A model generated the notes under the pieces. That model was not told the origin of the DNA. It made no database searches and saw only the letters and a program-made list of their open reading frames with translations. 64,000 nt of DNA from Promethearchaeota archaeon (GTDB lineage: Archaea; Asgardarchaeota; Lokiarchaeia; Sigyniarchaeales; SOKP01). Position numbers and translations under genes: made by a program. The first letter of the stretch is position 1, and each line of letters opens with the position of its first letter. Of the stretch, positions 51,536 through 62,575 are shown one piece after another. The stretch is taken from positions 32,001 through 96,000 of the forward strand of contig JAUVXW010000001.1 in the NCBI GenBank assembly GCA_030603385.1, read 5' to 3'.

Positions 51536-51892
51536 ATTATCACTTTTTCAAAAAAATTTTTATTTATTAAAATACTTATTTATACAAAAATAGTTGCGTT
51601 AATTTATAAACAATTTCAGATGATTCATATTATTACAAATAATATTAGTAAAGTTAGTAAAACCTATAGGAATCCCTTCTCCTTACTTCTACAATCATCC
51701 TATGCTATTTTAATATTTTGAAAAAGTTAAGACTCGTTTTTTCTCAATTTCTATATATGAAAGATAAGTATTTCTAAATTGTAATTTATGATTAGTTAAT
51801 TTTATAATATTACAAAATGAAATATTTGGAGATAATGTAGCGAAACTATTAGGATTATAAATTTATATGAAGATACTATCTTCATAAATGAA

Positions 51893-52696
51893 TCATTTAC
51901 CTTTAAAGTCAGGATTTCGCTTTTCAAAAAAAGCTTTCAAACCTTCTTGAAAATCTATAGTTCCCGCAGTTTTTACAATAAGTTCAGCCTCTCTGTCTAG
52001 ATGAGTTTCCAAATCATTAATATACGATTCTTTTAAAAGTTTTTTAGTGAAACCAAACGCGATTGGTGCTCCAAGGCTCAGTTCGATAGAAAGCTTTTTG
52101 ACTTCTTCCATAAATATTTCTGAGCTGACAACCTTATTCACCAAATTAAATTGTAAAGCTTCTTTGGCATTAAGTATTCTATGAAGAAAGAACATTTCAT
52201 TTGCTATACTTAATCCTACAAGTTTGGGAAGATGAAACGTAGAAGACGAATCTGGAGAGAGTCCTATCCGTGTGAAAGCGCAACCAAATCTTGCGTTTTC
52301 CGAGCTTATTCTAAAATCACAGGCAGTGGCGTATCCCAAACCTGCCCCAAAACAAGCACCATTTATCGCAGCAACAGTTAGTTGCTTCATGTTTTTGAGA
52401 ATTTTTATCCCCTTATGTAATCTACTTGCCATTTTAGCCATGAATTCATCAGGGACTTCTGCTTTTTGAAATTTGACCACATCTCCTCCAGCACAAAAAG
52501 TTTTTCCTCTTCCAGTAAGAATTAGGCATCTTACCTTTGGATTATCTGAAATTTCTATAAAAGCTGAAATTAGTTCATCAAGAAACTCAATATTGAATGC
52601 ATTTAATTGCTTAGGGCGATCGAAATATATAATTGCTGATTTATTTGATTCATCAATCTCTGCTTCTATTGATTTATAATTCGTCATAATGTTCAA
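51893..52696 (-). CDS. Enoyl-CoA hydratase/isomerase (PaaG-like)
   Basis: FCAGGD, GAGLGYATACD, GLSPD and EGLKAFFEKR motifs. Confidence 0.92.
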   Translation of the reverse strand: MNIMTNYKSIEAEIDESNKSAIIYFDRPKQLNAFNIEFLDELISAFIEISDNPKVRCLILTGRGKTFCAGGDVVKFQKAEVPDEFMAKMASRLHKGIKILKNMKQLTVAAINGACFGAGLGYATACDFRISSENARFGCAFTRIGLSPDSSSTFHLPKLVGLSIANEMFFLHRILNAKEALQFNLVNKVVSSEIFMEEVKKLSIELSLGAPIAFGFTKKLLKESYINDLETHLDREAELIVKTAGTIDFQEGLKAFFEKRNPDFKGK

Positions 52697-52784
52697 AATT
52701 AATGAATAGATAATAAATTATTTATCAGGCTTTAAATGAAGTTTAAGAAATATGCTTGTTATTATTTCAAAAATTTTTAAAAAA

Positions 52785-54164
52785 TTACTTGAATTTTTCT
52801 TTCAATGATCTTGTTAATTTATCTAAATTTTTAGATAGTTTTAATTCAAAGGTTTGAACCTCGTTTAAATCCTTATACCTTTCTGGTAACTTCTTTATAT
52901 TTTCTCTATAGAACGCTTGGATATCATCAATTTCTGGTAATTTACGAATTAATTCTCCATTTTTCATGATTGGTTGTAATAATGGTGTTGAATCAGAGGG
53001 AGTAGACTCATCATCAAGAGCTAAGATATCCTCCTTAAACTTACCGTTTTTCTCAAATACCCTATAAACTTGCTTAATCCCAGGATAAGTTATTTTTTCT
53101 TCACTAATCTTTATTTTTGGAGTGTTGTTATATTCTATTAATTTGTAAACACCAGCAATGGTTGGGTCATCCCGTGAGGTTGCTAATTCTGTTCCTACTC
53201 CAAATGCATCGATTGGAGCATTTTGATCGATTATTTCTTTAATTTTATATTCATTGAGGTCAGAACTAGCGACAATTAGAACCTTTTCACACCCGATTTC
53301 ATCTAGAATTTTTCTAACTTTTATGGCATGATTAATTAGATCACCAGAATCTATTCTTACTCCTTTTATTTTATTTCCAAATTGAGCACATTTTTCAGCA
53401 CCCTTTTCAGTATCGTAGGTATCAATTAAAAGAATTGAATTCTCATCATAAATATCAAAGTATGTTTTAAAGCTATCTATCTCTTTATCAAATTTTTGAA
53501 CAAAACTATGAGCCATAGTACCGGTTGAGTTAATTCCTAATTCAATATCAGCAATTACATTACTTGTACCATTGAAACCTGCAATATAACTTGCTCTGGC
53601 GGCATAAACACCAGCAAGAGGACTATGAGATCTTCTTGTACCAAACTCGAGTAGGATCTTATCAAGTGCAATATTTCTAATTCTTGATGCTTTTGAAGCA
53701 ACTAGAGTTTGATAATTAATTACATTTAGTAAGTATGTTTCTGCTAACTGTGCATGAATGATTGGACCTTGAATTCTCATAATTGGCTCATTAGGGAAAA
53801 AATAGTTTCCTTCTTCCATTGACCATACGTTTAAATTAAATTTGAAATTAGGTAAATACTCGTCAAAAAAACTTGAATCAATTCTTTTGAAAACTGGTTT
53901 ATTTCTTAAAAAATCGATGGTTCGTTTTGTAAATCTAGCATTTAGTAAATAATAAATTGCTTGTTCTAAACCTGCAAAAATTAAATAATTACGGTTTTTA
54001 GGAAATTTTCTAATAAAGAGTTCAAAAGCAGCAATGTCATCTTCTTCCTTGATATTATTTTCGAGGTTATATTGAAAATATGCTGCTGTCATTGTGAGTT
54101 GATAGAAATCAGTACTCAAAATCATATTCTCATCATTTACATAACCAGAACTATAATTAGTCAT
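52785..54164 (-). CDS. pncB: Nicotinate phosphoribosyltransferase
   Basis: TDFYQLTM, EFGTRR, GTMAHS, LIDTYD, VRIDSGD and FGVGT motifs. Confidence 0.95.
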   Translation of the reverse strand: MTNYSSGYVNDENMILSTDFYQLTMTAAYFQYNLENNIKEEDDIAAFELFIRKFPKNRNYLIFAGLEQAIYYLLNARFTKRTIDFLRNKPVFKRIDSSFFDEYLPNFKFNLNVWSMEEGNYFFPNEPIMRIQGPIIHAQLAETYLLNVINYQTLVASKASRIRNIALDKILLEFGTRRSHSPLAGVYAARASYIAGFNGTSNVIADIELGINSTGTMAHSFVQKFDKEIDSFKTYFDIYDENSILLIDTYDTEKGAEKCAQFGNKIKGVRIDSGDLINHAIKVRKILDEIGCEKVLIVASSDLNEYKIKEIIDQNAPIDAFGVGTELATSRDDPTIAGVYKLIEYNNTPKIKISEEKITYPGIKQVYRVFEKNGKFKEDILALDDESTPSDSTPLLQPIMKNGELIRKLPEIDDIQAFYRENIKKLPERYKDLNEVQTFELKLSKNLDKLTRSLKEKFK

Positions 54165-54304
54165 TTTCTTTAGAGATTTTAACTTAGGTTTTTTAATTAA
54201 TTATTTTAATTCTATCAATTATAAACCTTTTTTCTGAAAAGAATATGATTAAAACTTAGAACAAAGAAAAAATTAAAGGTCTCTCAGTTAAAAACAATCT
54301 AGAA

Positions 54305-55192
54305 TTAATTCAATTTTTCAGAATTCAAATTAGTTAATTCTACACTAATATCCCATAAATGTTTAGCTAATTCTTTATCATAGGATGCTTTAACAGACTT
54401 TGCTTCCTTTCTTTTTTTAAAATATTTTCCGCTTACACCTTCAATATCAGGAGAAGAGGCACAATATATTGATGTTTTAGCACCTCTTTTTGGGCTTCTC
54501 ATAAACAAGCCTATAAATGGAAAGAAATATTTAACAAATTTTCTAAAGTTACGAACCATATTTGTTTTTACATATCCGGGATGAAGACAGTTAATGGTAA
54601 CCCTATTTCCATCAAATCTCTTCGCAAATTCATAGGTAAAAATAATGACTGCTAATTTAGATATGGCATATGCTTTTAATTGGCGGTAGTGCTTTTCCCC
54701 ATTAAGGTTATCAAAATCAATAGATTTAGCATGTATATTTGAAGTGACATTCACTATTCTTGCGGGTTTACCAGCTTTAAGTGAATCAAATAATAAATTA
54801 CATAACAAAAAAGGAGCCAAGAAATTGACAGCTAATGTAGTTTCAATTCCATCTTCGGCCAATATAAGTTTGCTAAGATTTAGACCAGCGTTATTAATAA
54901 GTACATGCAAATGTTGATATTTTTCTTTAAAATCTTTAACTAACTGATGGATTGCTTTTTGTGAAGATAAATCTGCTAACAATAAGTAAACTGATTCATT
55001 ATTGGATTTTCTCTTAATATCCTTCAATGCCTGTTCACCTCTTTCTTTGTTGCGGCATACCATAACAATAGTTGCTCCCATTTTTGCCAATCCAATAGCT
55101 GTAGCCTTGCCAATCCCAGAATTAGCACCAGTAATCATACAAATTTTTCCTTTCATAATAATATCAAATATGTGATTATTAAATTTAGCCAA
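54305..55192 (-). CDS. Short-chain dehydrogenase/reductase (retinol dehydrogenase-like)
   Basis: TGANSGIG, NNAG, YAISK and HPGYVKT motifs. An alternative start lies at 55156. Confidence 0.92.
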   Translation of the reverse strand: MAKFNNHIFDIIMKGKICMITGANSGIGKATAIGLAKMGATIVMVCRNKERGEQALKDIKRKSNNESVYLLLADLSSQKAIHQLVKDFKEKYQHLHVLINNAGLNLSKLILAEDGIETTLAVNFLAPFLLCNLLFDSLKAGKPARIVNVTSNIHAKSIDFDNLNGEKHYRQLKAYAISKLAVIIFTYEFAKRFDGNRVTINCLHPGYVKTNMVRNFRKFVKYFFPFIGLFMRSPKRGAKTSIYCASSPDIEGVSGKYFKKRKEAKSVKASYDKELAKHLWDISVELTNLNSEKLN

Positions 55193-55326
55193 AACAAATC
55201 CCTAAAGATGAGAACAATTAATATCCTAATTAAAAGTAAATTAGAGAAGGAGATAAAATTAATAAAATCTTTGAAGTACTTCAAAAATGCTGATAAAATG
55301 AGAAAACATTCTGTTAAACTCTTTTT

Positions 55327-56505
55327 TTAGAGCTTTTGAACTTTCCTAATATTTTTTACCAGTATTCCCCAGAAATTATCTTTATCAAGTTTACCATTTA
55401 TACTAAGCTTGTCGTTTACTTTTAATTTCTGATCATTCTGCAATTTTTCGCTAATTCTAATTTTTAATTTTTCAATGCCTACAATATCTTCCTCTCGAAA
55501 ATCACTTTTTCGATATACTCTTGGTCCTAACCTAACATCTTTTAATGTGATATGATAATAAATGGTAACATTTCCTTGAAAGTCTGATTGTCTTTCAACA
55601 ATATCTAATATTTCACCTTCATAAATAGTAATACTATTATTCAGGAATTTCATTAATACCGCACTATCAGAACTCTCATCTACTAATCTTCTTTTATCAC
55701 CACTTCTAGGTCGTTCCTCCCCTGTTCTAGCAGCTGAGAGTTTGATCGAATCGATAAGTTCTTCAAAGTTATCTGGTAATTTTGTTAAAGTCCAATCTGA
55801 AAGATTAAAATATTCTTCTTTCAATGAGAGAATAAATCCCACCCAAAAATGGCTACAAAAACCCATATTAGCGCCAGTTCTGCAATCACAATCTCTTTCC
55901 GGATCATTTATATTGGATGGTGTAATAGATAAATACGATTTAGTATCCCAGTTCCAACCTTTAAAGGAAATTTCAACTTCATGATTTTCAGGGTTAACTA
56001 TATTGATTTCAAAGATATTTTCTCTATCTTCCCCGTTTATTTTCTTTAAAGCTAGATTTATCTCTTTTGAAATAATTTCTAACTCATTGTTGTATAATAC
56101 TCGTTGATGTTCCTCTTCAGATAATGAATCTAAAATATATTCTAATAAATCACTTTTTTTCGAGTATCTTGAGCAATCTTCAAGATAGTATTCTTTACAA
56201 AGTGCTCTTAATTCTTTTACGTTCAATGATTGCAATAAATAAGTCAAATAAGCTTTATTATCAATTTTCCTTAGTTTATTTAATGAGGCTATAATCTCCT
56301 CGTCAGTCACCTCATCCTCAGAAATTAATCCTTTTTCCATTAAGATTTCCTTAACATTATCTTCCGAGAGATTTTGTAAAATAAAATCTATTAAATTTGG
56401 TTTAGATAAACTTGAATAACCCTTTAAATTGTTATCTTTACAGATTTCTTTTAATTCTTTTGAAGTAAACGAGTGTAATACTCTAGCTTTATCTAAATAA
56501 CTCAT
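55327..56505 (-). CDS. Protein with two SAP/Rho_N-like HeH repeats, a SWIM zinc finger and a probable OB fold
   Basis: KELKEICKDNNLKGYSSLSKPNLI and KELRALCKEYYLEDCSRYSKKSDLL repeats, CDC-x8-CSH, and a beta-rich C-terminus. Confidence 0.65.
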   Translation of the reverse strand: MSYLDKARVLHSFTSKELKEICKDNNLKGYSSLSKPNLIDFILQNLSEDNVKEILMEKGLISEDEVTDEEIIASLNKLRKIDNKAYLTYLLQSLNVKELRALCKEYYLEDCSRYSKKSDLLEYILDSLSEEEHQRVLYNNELEIISKEINLALKKINGEDRENIFEINIVNPENHEVEISFKGWNWDTKSYLSITPSNINDPERDCDCRTGANMGFCSHFWVGFILSLKEEYFNLSDWTLTKLPDNFEELIDSIKLSAARTGEERPRSGDKRRLVDESSDSAVLMKFLNNSITIYEGEILDIVERQSDFQGNVTIYYHITLKDVRLGPRVYRKSDFREEDIVGIEKLKIRISEKLQNDQKLKVNDKLSINGKLDKDNFWGILVKNIRKVQKL

Positions 56506-56871
56506 TATATCATCTCTAAGATTTCATTAATATATTATTTAAAATTACTATTTAACACTTTTTATTTAATCTCTATATAAAAGTTAAGAATTTTAAGATT
56601 CACTTTAAATTCGCTTTAAAGATAAGAACTAACATTAAAGTAAAATTAAGAAATAAAAATATATTTATCAAATATGTAAAAAAATCCTCTTTTTTTTATC
56701 ATTTTTCGACATTTTCTTTGAAAAAAATGTCAAAAACCAAAAATCATTGCTATGCTGAATCGTATGAAAATGTTTAAATACAAGATTATCCTTTTTAATT
56801 AAATATATAAATATTTAAATAAATAAATCTTTAAGTGAACAAAATAAATTTCGACTTGGTGGTAATGAAAG

Positions 56872-57081
56872 ATGAGCATTGAAAGTCCTGATTTTCTGAA
56901 ACATTTTGGAGAGATAAAATTTGCTGAAGAGAATAGTATGTGTATAAATGATTTTGAACTCGCTTTAAAGAAACATGTATTCGGAAAGAAAAAAATTCCA
57001 AGTGGAAGTTATAAATTTGGTGAAATTGATAATAGTTCTATAAAAGATTTTGAACGTTCTCTTAAAAATTATTTTTGGTAA
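56872..57081 (+). CDS. Small hypothetical protein with an internal FGEI...I.DFE..LK repeat
   Basis: SD GGTGG before the ATG. FGEIK..INDFELALK and FGEID..IKDFERSLK. Confidence 0.65.
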   Translation: MSIESPDFLKHFGEIKFAEENSMCINDFELALKKHVFGKKKIPSGSYKFGEIDNSSIKDFERSLKNYFW

Positions 57082-57403
57082 AATATTAGATTTTAAATTT
57101 ACTTATACTCCTTCTCTTTATTGTTTCTATATTTTTTAACAGTATACTAACAATTATTACAAATTCTATACTAAGGATTTATATTATTTTACCAATACCA
57201 TAGTCTTTATTGATATTGGAAATTCTTCATTGCATATTTTTCAAAATGGCGTAAAATGTAAGATTTTCACTCTTTTCTGGAAATTATTGATTAAAATAAA
57301 TAAATTTATAAGTTTCATTTATCGGTAACAACGTAAGAGTATTTACGTAAAATTTATTTTTGTACAATAACTATATTAAATATAATAAAAAAAATCTGAA
57401 AAT

Positions 57404-57862
57404 ATGGCAGAAAACGAGAAAGAATTTCTTTGGACAGTAAAACTGGATTGGTTAAACATCATAAGTATACTTAACCTAAACAACATTAACCAGATTTCAG
57501 AATTCAAAAAAACGAAAGCTATAAAAAGACTTACTAAAATTTACGGCTTGGAAAGTCTAATGTCTTTCGAACCAGAATACTTAGAAAACCTAGTAGTAAA
57601 TGAGTTAAAGGAATTAATGAAAAAAGAATTGACTATGAATGCTAAGAAGCAGGAAAGAATTGAGAGAGAGATGCGTAATAAAATAATACCATTTCAAAGA
57701 GGTGGTATTATTAAAATTGATCCTCGGGATTTAAAAGATTTTAAGGGAGATGAAAATGATTTGCTTAAGTACCTTTATAAAAAATTTCTTGGGGATAAGG
57801 ATGATGATAAAGACGACGAAAAAGATAAATACAAAGAGGATAACACAGGTTATTATATTTAA
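57404..57862 (+). CDS. Hypothetical protein with acidic tail
   Basis: 152-aa ORF ending in GYYI. Confidence 0.7.
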   Translation: MAENEKEFLWTVKLDWLNIISILNLNNINQISEFKKTKAIKRLTKIYGLESLMSFEPEYLENLVVNELKELMKKELTMNAKKQERIEREMRNKIIPFQRGGIIKIDPRDLKDFKGDENDLLKYLYKKFLGDKDDDKDDEKDKYKEDNTGYYI

Positions 57863-57917
57863 TCGAATATCTTAAATCTATTCTAATTTCTAACTTTTCA
57901 GTACATATATAAAAAAG

Positions 57918-59516
57918 CTAATAGATTTTGTGTTCTAGGTGCTTTGCATCTACTTTTTTTATCTTTCTATAACTAAAACAGAAGATTAAATAAATTAATC
58001 CAGACCAAATTATCCATGATAAAGCCTGAAATACATCTATATTTAAGATGTAATTAATATAATCTTCTAATACATAAAATCCAAAATCATTCAAATCACC
58101 GGGAAAATCTACTATTTCGGGATTAAGATTAATCGCAATAACTTCATGTGTATTGTTTTTCAAAGTTTCAAAAACGTTAGTAATAGAAAAATTTGTTGGA
58201 TCAACTAACTTTAATTTAATAAAAGTGTTTAAATCCTCATTAGTATGAATATCTGAGCCACCCATACAAGTAAGATTATTAGATAAGCAATAATCTCTTA
58301 TTTGCTGATAATCCCATCCATAACTTCCACCATTAACAATTTTAAAACCATCGACACCCCAATCTCTTAACTGATCCAAAGAATATGGAACCCCGTAACC
58401 CCCATTAGGATTTGGGACATAATTGTAGTGATTAACAGTAATATAACCCCCATTTGCTTTTACATAACTTATTGTATCTGAAGCGTTCATAGCTATAGGA
58501 CCTCCAGAAGTATATGATTGAAGGGGTACAATCTCTTCAATAATACCAAAAATATTCATATGTATCTCATTTGCATTGTCCGTCCATTCTTCTGCCATAA
58601 AAACCACAAAATCTAAGCTATGGTCTTCCACGTACTTTTGGGCCGATTTCGCACCTCTTAAGTTGTCATGGTCAGAAAAGGCTGCTCCTGAAATTCCTTG
58701 TTTTATATACCATTTAATTCTTTCCTCTACAGTAATCCATCCATCGGAATAAGTAGTGTGTACATGAAAATCAAACAAAAATTCATCATCATCAAGAGGT
58801 ACTATTGGAGTAATTTTATGGGGCGGAACGGGTGTAGAGATTAAGATAATATTAGTACTAAGTAGTAAAACTCCAATCCCCACGAATAACACAATTTCTC
58901 GTTTTATCCCCTGTAATTTCGAGTTTTTTCGGTAAAAAGATTTCTTAGATAAATTGAGTGATAACCTATGATGAAATAATTTAATACACATGTAAACAAT
59001 TTTTATGAAGATTAGAACAATGCTAATACGGACAGCTAATTGTAAAGGCACCATAAAATATCTATTTACAAAAAAATAGCCTTGAACCATATATCCAATA
59101 AGAATATATATCCCAACTATCAGAATAGCGACACTTAATATTTTAAAAGAAAATCTAATGATCTCAGCTAATGGATAAGAGATTATTTTAAACTTTTCTG
59201 ACCGAAATAAACCAATTCTCTTTAAACATAAATAAATTCCTCTGAAAATTGGATAAAACATCAAAAATAGAAACATCCATGTGAATTTAAACTCTAAAAC
59301 ATAACCAATTGCATAAAAAGGCTCTATAATATATCTCAACAGTGGAAACTTACTTGTATAGTTTGAAGAAACATCAACTTGTCCAAGTGCATCATAGAAA
59401 ATTACAGTTCTTTCTCCAATAATAGATAACCCTACGAGAAAAATAAACCATATAAAGAAAGCGATAGAAATGATTGTAAAAAACTTATTATTTCTGATGA
59501 ATAATCGAAGTTTCAT
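57918..59516 (-). CDS. Membrane-anchored PHP-family phosphoesterase
   Basis: N-terminal TM helices, DFHVHTTYSDG, SDHD, NH and GGSDIH. The ATG at 59516 is preferred. Confidence 0.82.
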   Translation of the reverse strand: MKLRLFIRNNKFFTIISIAFFIWFIFLVGLSIIGERTVIFYDALGQVDVSSNYTSKFPLLRYIIEPFYAIGYVLEFKFTWMFLFLMFYPIFRGIYLCLKRIGLFRSEKFKIISYPLAEIIRFSFKILSVAILIVGIYILIGYMVQGYFFVNRYFMVPLQLAVRISIVLIFIKIVYMCIKLFHHRLSLNLSKKSFYRKNSKLQGIKREIVLFVGIGVLLLSTNIILISTPVPPHKITPIVPLDDDEFLFDFHVHTTYSDGWITVEERIKWYIKQGISGAAFSDHDNLRGAKSAQKYVEDHSLDFVVFMAEEWTDNANEIHMNIFGIIEEIVPLQSYTSGGPIAMNASDTISYVKANGGYITVNHYNYVPNPNGGYGVPYSLDQLRDWGVDGFKIVNGGSYGWDYQQIRDYCLSNNLTCMGGSDIHTNEDLNTFIKLKLVDPTNFSITNVFETLKNNTHEVIAINLNPEIVDFPGDLNDFGFYVLEDYINYILNIDVFQALSWIIWSGLIYLIFCFSYRKIKKVDAKHLEHKIY

Positions 59517-59779
59517 AATAACTACTTGTATTGAACTACCATATAAATTTAACATTATTTTGGGACGCTTCTTTTGAAACGAGTTTAGTGCCAAATTTAA
59601 TTATAAAAAAGTTCTCAATAGTCATCAATAATCCTATAAATAATCTACAGGTAAATTATTACATATATAATTACCAGCTTTTTAAGTAATAAAAGTCTAA
59701 AAAAGTAGTGAATAAAAAAAATTATTAATTTTTCGTGAATTATTCGACTTACTATATGTATAAATAATTTGAGGGGAAA

Positions 59780-60355
59780 ATGGAGTCTAGAGAACCAAAC
59801 TATGAGATAGGTGTGATTCATGGACGATTCCAAGTGTTGCATAATGATCACATAAAGTATTTAATGGCAGGTAAAAAATTATGCAAATTTCTGGTAGTGG
59901 GTATTACTAATCCTGATCCATCGTTGACAAGAAACTCAGATGCCAATCCACATCGCAGTACTCCTCTTGCAAATCCATTAACTTATTATGAACGTTACTT
60001 GATGATACAGGCTGCACTCCTGGAACAAGGCTTACTACTAACAGAATTCTCTATTGTGCCATTTCCTATAAACGTGCCAGAGCTCATAAAATATTATGTT
60101 CCTTTAGATGCAATATTCTTTCTAACAATCTATGATGACTGGGGACGACAAAAAAAAGATTATTTTCAATCTCTTGGATTAAAGATTCACGTACTCTGGG
60201 AAGTCCCCTTAGAACAAAAGGGGCTCAGCTCAAGTGATATACGTGATTTGATGAGAAAAGGTGAAAAATGGGAGCATCTTGTACCTACAAGCGTTGCAAA
60301 CCTTATGAAGCAATGGAATGTTACCAAAAGATTAAAAGAAATCGGTTTAAAATAA
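59780..60355 (+). CDS. Nicotinamide/nicotinate-nucleotide adenylyltransferase (cytidylyltransferase-like)
   Basis: HGRFQVLHNDH, NPLTYYER, SSSDIR and WEHLVP motifs. Confidence 0.85.
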   Translation: MESREPNYEIGVIHGRFQVLHNDHIKYLMAGKKLCKFLVVGITNPDPSLTRNSDANPHRSTPLANPLTYYERYLMIQAALLEQGLLLTEFSIVPFPINVPELIKYYVPLDAIFFLTIYDDWGRQKKDYFQSLGLKIHVLWEVPLEQKGLSSSDIRDLMRKGEKWEHLVPTSVANLMKQWNVTKRLKEIGLK

Positions 60356-60529
60356 GAATTTGTCTAATATTTAGTATATAAAAACAATTTATGAGTTAAT
60401 CAATTTTTACTTAAAGCTTTAAAAGAGATTATCTTTATTAATGTTAATGGTAATCTATATATATAAAACTTAAATAAAGAGATACTGGTGATATAAGTCA
60501 CTTTATTCCAAGCATATACGAGAATCATA

Positions 60530-61243
60530 TTGGTCTATATAATTCAAGGAATTCTTGGTATCTATTTTGGAATATTAGCTTTTCAAATTATAAGAAAAAA
60601 AAGACAACGGCTAAATCTTATTTTTAGCGGATTTTTTATATCTCAGATTATAGGTTTTATCTTTAATATGATTTACGTTGTTATCCCTGATGTAGAAGTT
60701 GTGAAAATTTTTCATTTTTTAGCTAATTTCTTTGTCTATTTTGCATTAGTATTTATTTTAATCGTAAATATGATAATATTAGAATCAACCATAATATATT
60801 CTGTAAAAAGGCAAAATAGGTATATCCTTTTATTTGGTATTTTACTCTTCGTAATACAACTTATATTGGTTCTACTTCCTTTTGATTTGGTTTCATTTGA
60901 TGACACCCTTCCAATATGGGAGCGATATCCAAAGTGGCATCCAATCTTTTTTGGTTATATGTTTTCTATTATAACAATCTTTGCGATTTTACCGATATTT
61001 TCGACATCTTTTAAAATATATTTTAGGTTTGAAACGAAAGAGCTGAAAAAAAGATGGCGCTTTTATTTAATTGGGTCTTTAGGATTAGTTATTTTTAATT
61101 TATATCCAATATTTTTATCAAATTTATTGAATTTTTTACTTGGGGAACAGAATACGACTTTTAGGTTAATTATCAGCATTCTAGGACTTTCGGTAATAAT
61201 TTGGGTTACTTTCATGTATTATGGTTTCCAATTAAAACAATAG
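60530..61243 (+). CDS. Hypothetical ~7-TM membrane protein
   Basis: About 7 hydrophobic helices. The frame is open back to 60497, just behind an SD GGTGA. Confidence 0.75.
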   Translation: MVYIIQGILGIYFGILAFQIIRKKRQRLNLIFSGFFISQIIGFIFNMIYVVIPDVEVVKIFHFLANFFVYFALVFILIVNMIILESTIIYSVKRQNRYILLFGILLFVIQLILVLLPFDLVSFDDTLPIWERYPKWHPIFFGYMFSIITIFAILPIFSTSFKIYFRFETKELKKRWRFYLIGSLGLVIFNLYPIFLSNLLNFLLGEQNTTFRLIISILGLSVIIWVTFMYYGFQLKQ

Positions 61244-61434
61244 ATTCTTCTCTAAAACACTTTTTTCATTAGAATAAGCGAAATTTCTATGATATCTTCT
61301 TTTAAAAGTGTTCATTTTTTTTATATTTTTTTTTATATTTTCCCTTTTTTCACGTGAAAAAGAGAAAATTTTATAAATGGTTTCGAAAACTATTACTTAG
61401 CCTTTTTTATATTGATCAAGGTAAGGAGATTAGG

Positions 61435-62538
61435 TTGGCAGTCATAAGTAAAAAAGATTTATTTCTCCAAGAAGAAAATATATATTTTCAAGAATTCGTT
61501 GATAAAAATGGCAACGAATATGGTTTAAGATTCGGAGAACCTAAAGACGCCATATCTATTTCTAAGATTTTTAAAGAAATTTACGATTATCAGTATGTAG
61601 ACCCCTTGGTATATGATATTAATTATTTAAAGAAAGAATTATCAAAGAAAAACAATCTCTGGTTTGTGGGTGAATTAATAGAAAACAAAGAATTTGCTGG
61701 TACTGGAGAATTGAAAATCAATAGATATATTGCCTCTGCTAGCAAGGGTATGACAAGAAAAAAATTTCAGGGTCAGGGAATAACAACTAAAATCGGTGCT
61801 GCGGGTATTATAACTGTAACTAAAATGCCTCAATTTAAAAATGTTTTAAGACTAGATTGTGATTGTAGAGCTCCTCAAGTTAGATCCCAAAAACTTCTTA
61901 ATAACTCTGGAGCGATTGTATATGGTTTAATTCCTGCATTTAATAATTTTGGGGATAAACGACGCTATAAAATTGAGAATAATACACCTTTTCCTCCGAA
62001 AAGAGAAGAAGCGGCATTTCTTTATTCCATTCCTTTTAAAGGTTTATGGAGAAAAAGAGAGAAAAAAATCTATTTATTAGATAATGAAGATTTCGTTTTT
62101 TTCCACGATTTTATAAAAAGCCAAACAAAAAAAATGAATAATGACATAGTAATTTTAGAGAACGGCAAAAAAAACAAAGGCTTTGAAATATATGGTGTTT
62201 CTAAAGATTATTTTAACGGACATGTACAATTGTATGGTTCGATTAAAGAAAAGTCATTAAATCATCTTATAAAAACGTATACTAAATGGAGAATTATCTT
62301 ATGGCGAATTCCAACAACTCAAAATGGAATTCATTCAATGGCCCTCGCCCTTGAAAAAGGATTTAATATAGTTGGATATGATGTAGGCTTCAATAGTATG
62401 AAATCGAAATTATTTGATTCAGTAATATTAGCTTACTATCCGAAAGGGGGTTCTAATGCTTTTGAAGTAAACTATCTTGAGGAAAATAAACCACTTTTTA
62501 ATAAGATTAGAGAAATATTTTACTCTCGTGTTAACTAA
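61435..62538 (+). CDS. GNAT-family N-acetyltransferase-like protein
   Basis: RKKFQGQGITTK acetyl-CoA motif. The TTG start follows AAGGAG. Confidence 0.7.
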   Translation: MAVISKKDLFLQEENIYFQEFVDKNGNEYGLRFGEPKDAISISKIFKEIYDYQYVDPLVYDINYLKKELSKKNNLWFVGELIENKEFAGTGELKINRYIASASKGMTRKKFQGQGITTKIGAAGIITVTKMPQFKNVLRLDCDCRAPQVRSQKLLNNSGAIVYGLIPAFNNFGDKRRYKIENNTPFPPKREEAAFLYSIPFKGLWRKREKKIYLLDNEDFVFFHDFIKSQTKKMNNDIVILENGKKNKGFEIYGVSKDYFNGHVQLYGSIKEKSLNHLIKTYTKWRIILWRIPTTQNGIHSMALALEKGFNIVGYDVGFNSMKSKLFDSVILAYYPKGGSNAFEVNYLEENKPLFNKIREIFYSRVN

Positions 62539-62575
62539 TTATTCTTCTATTTACTTCAAACTTTATACGTTCTAG

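Noticed and set aside
56700-57350. Short palindromes (TTTTCGACATTTT...AAAATGTCAAAA and ACGTAA-N6-TTACGT)
   Set aside because: They are short and imperfect in very AT-rich DNA and cannot be distinguished from chance.
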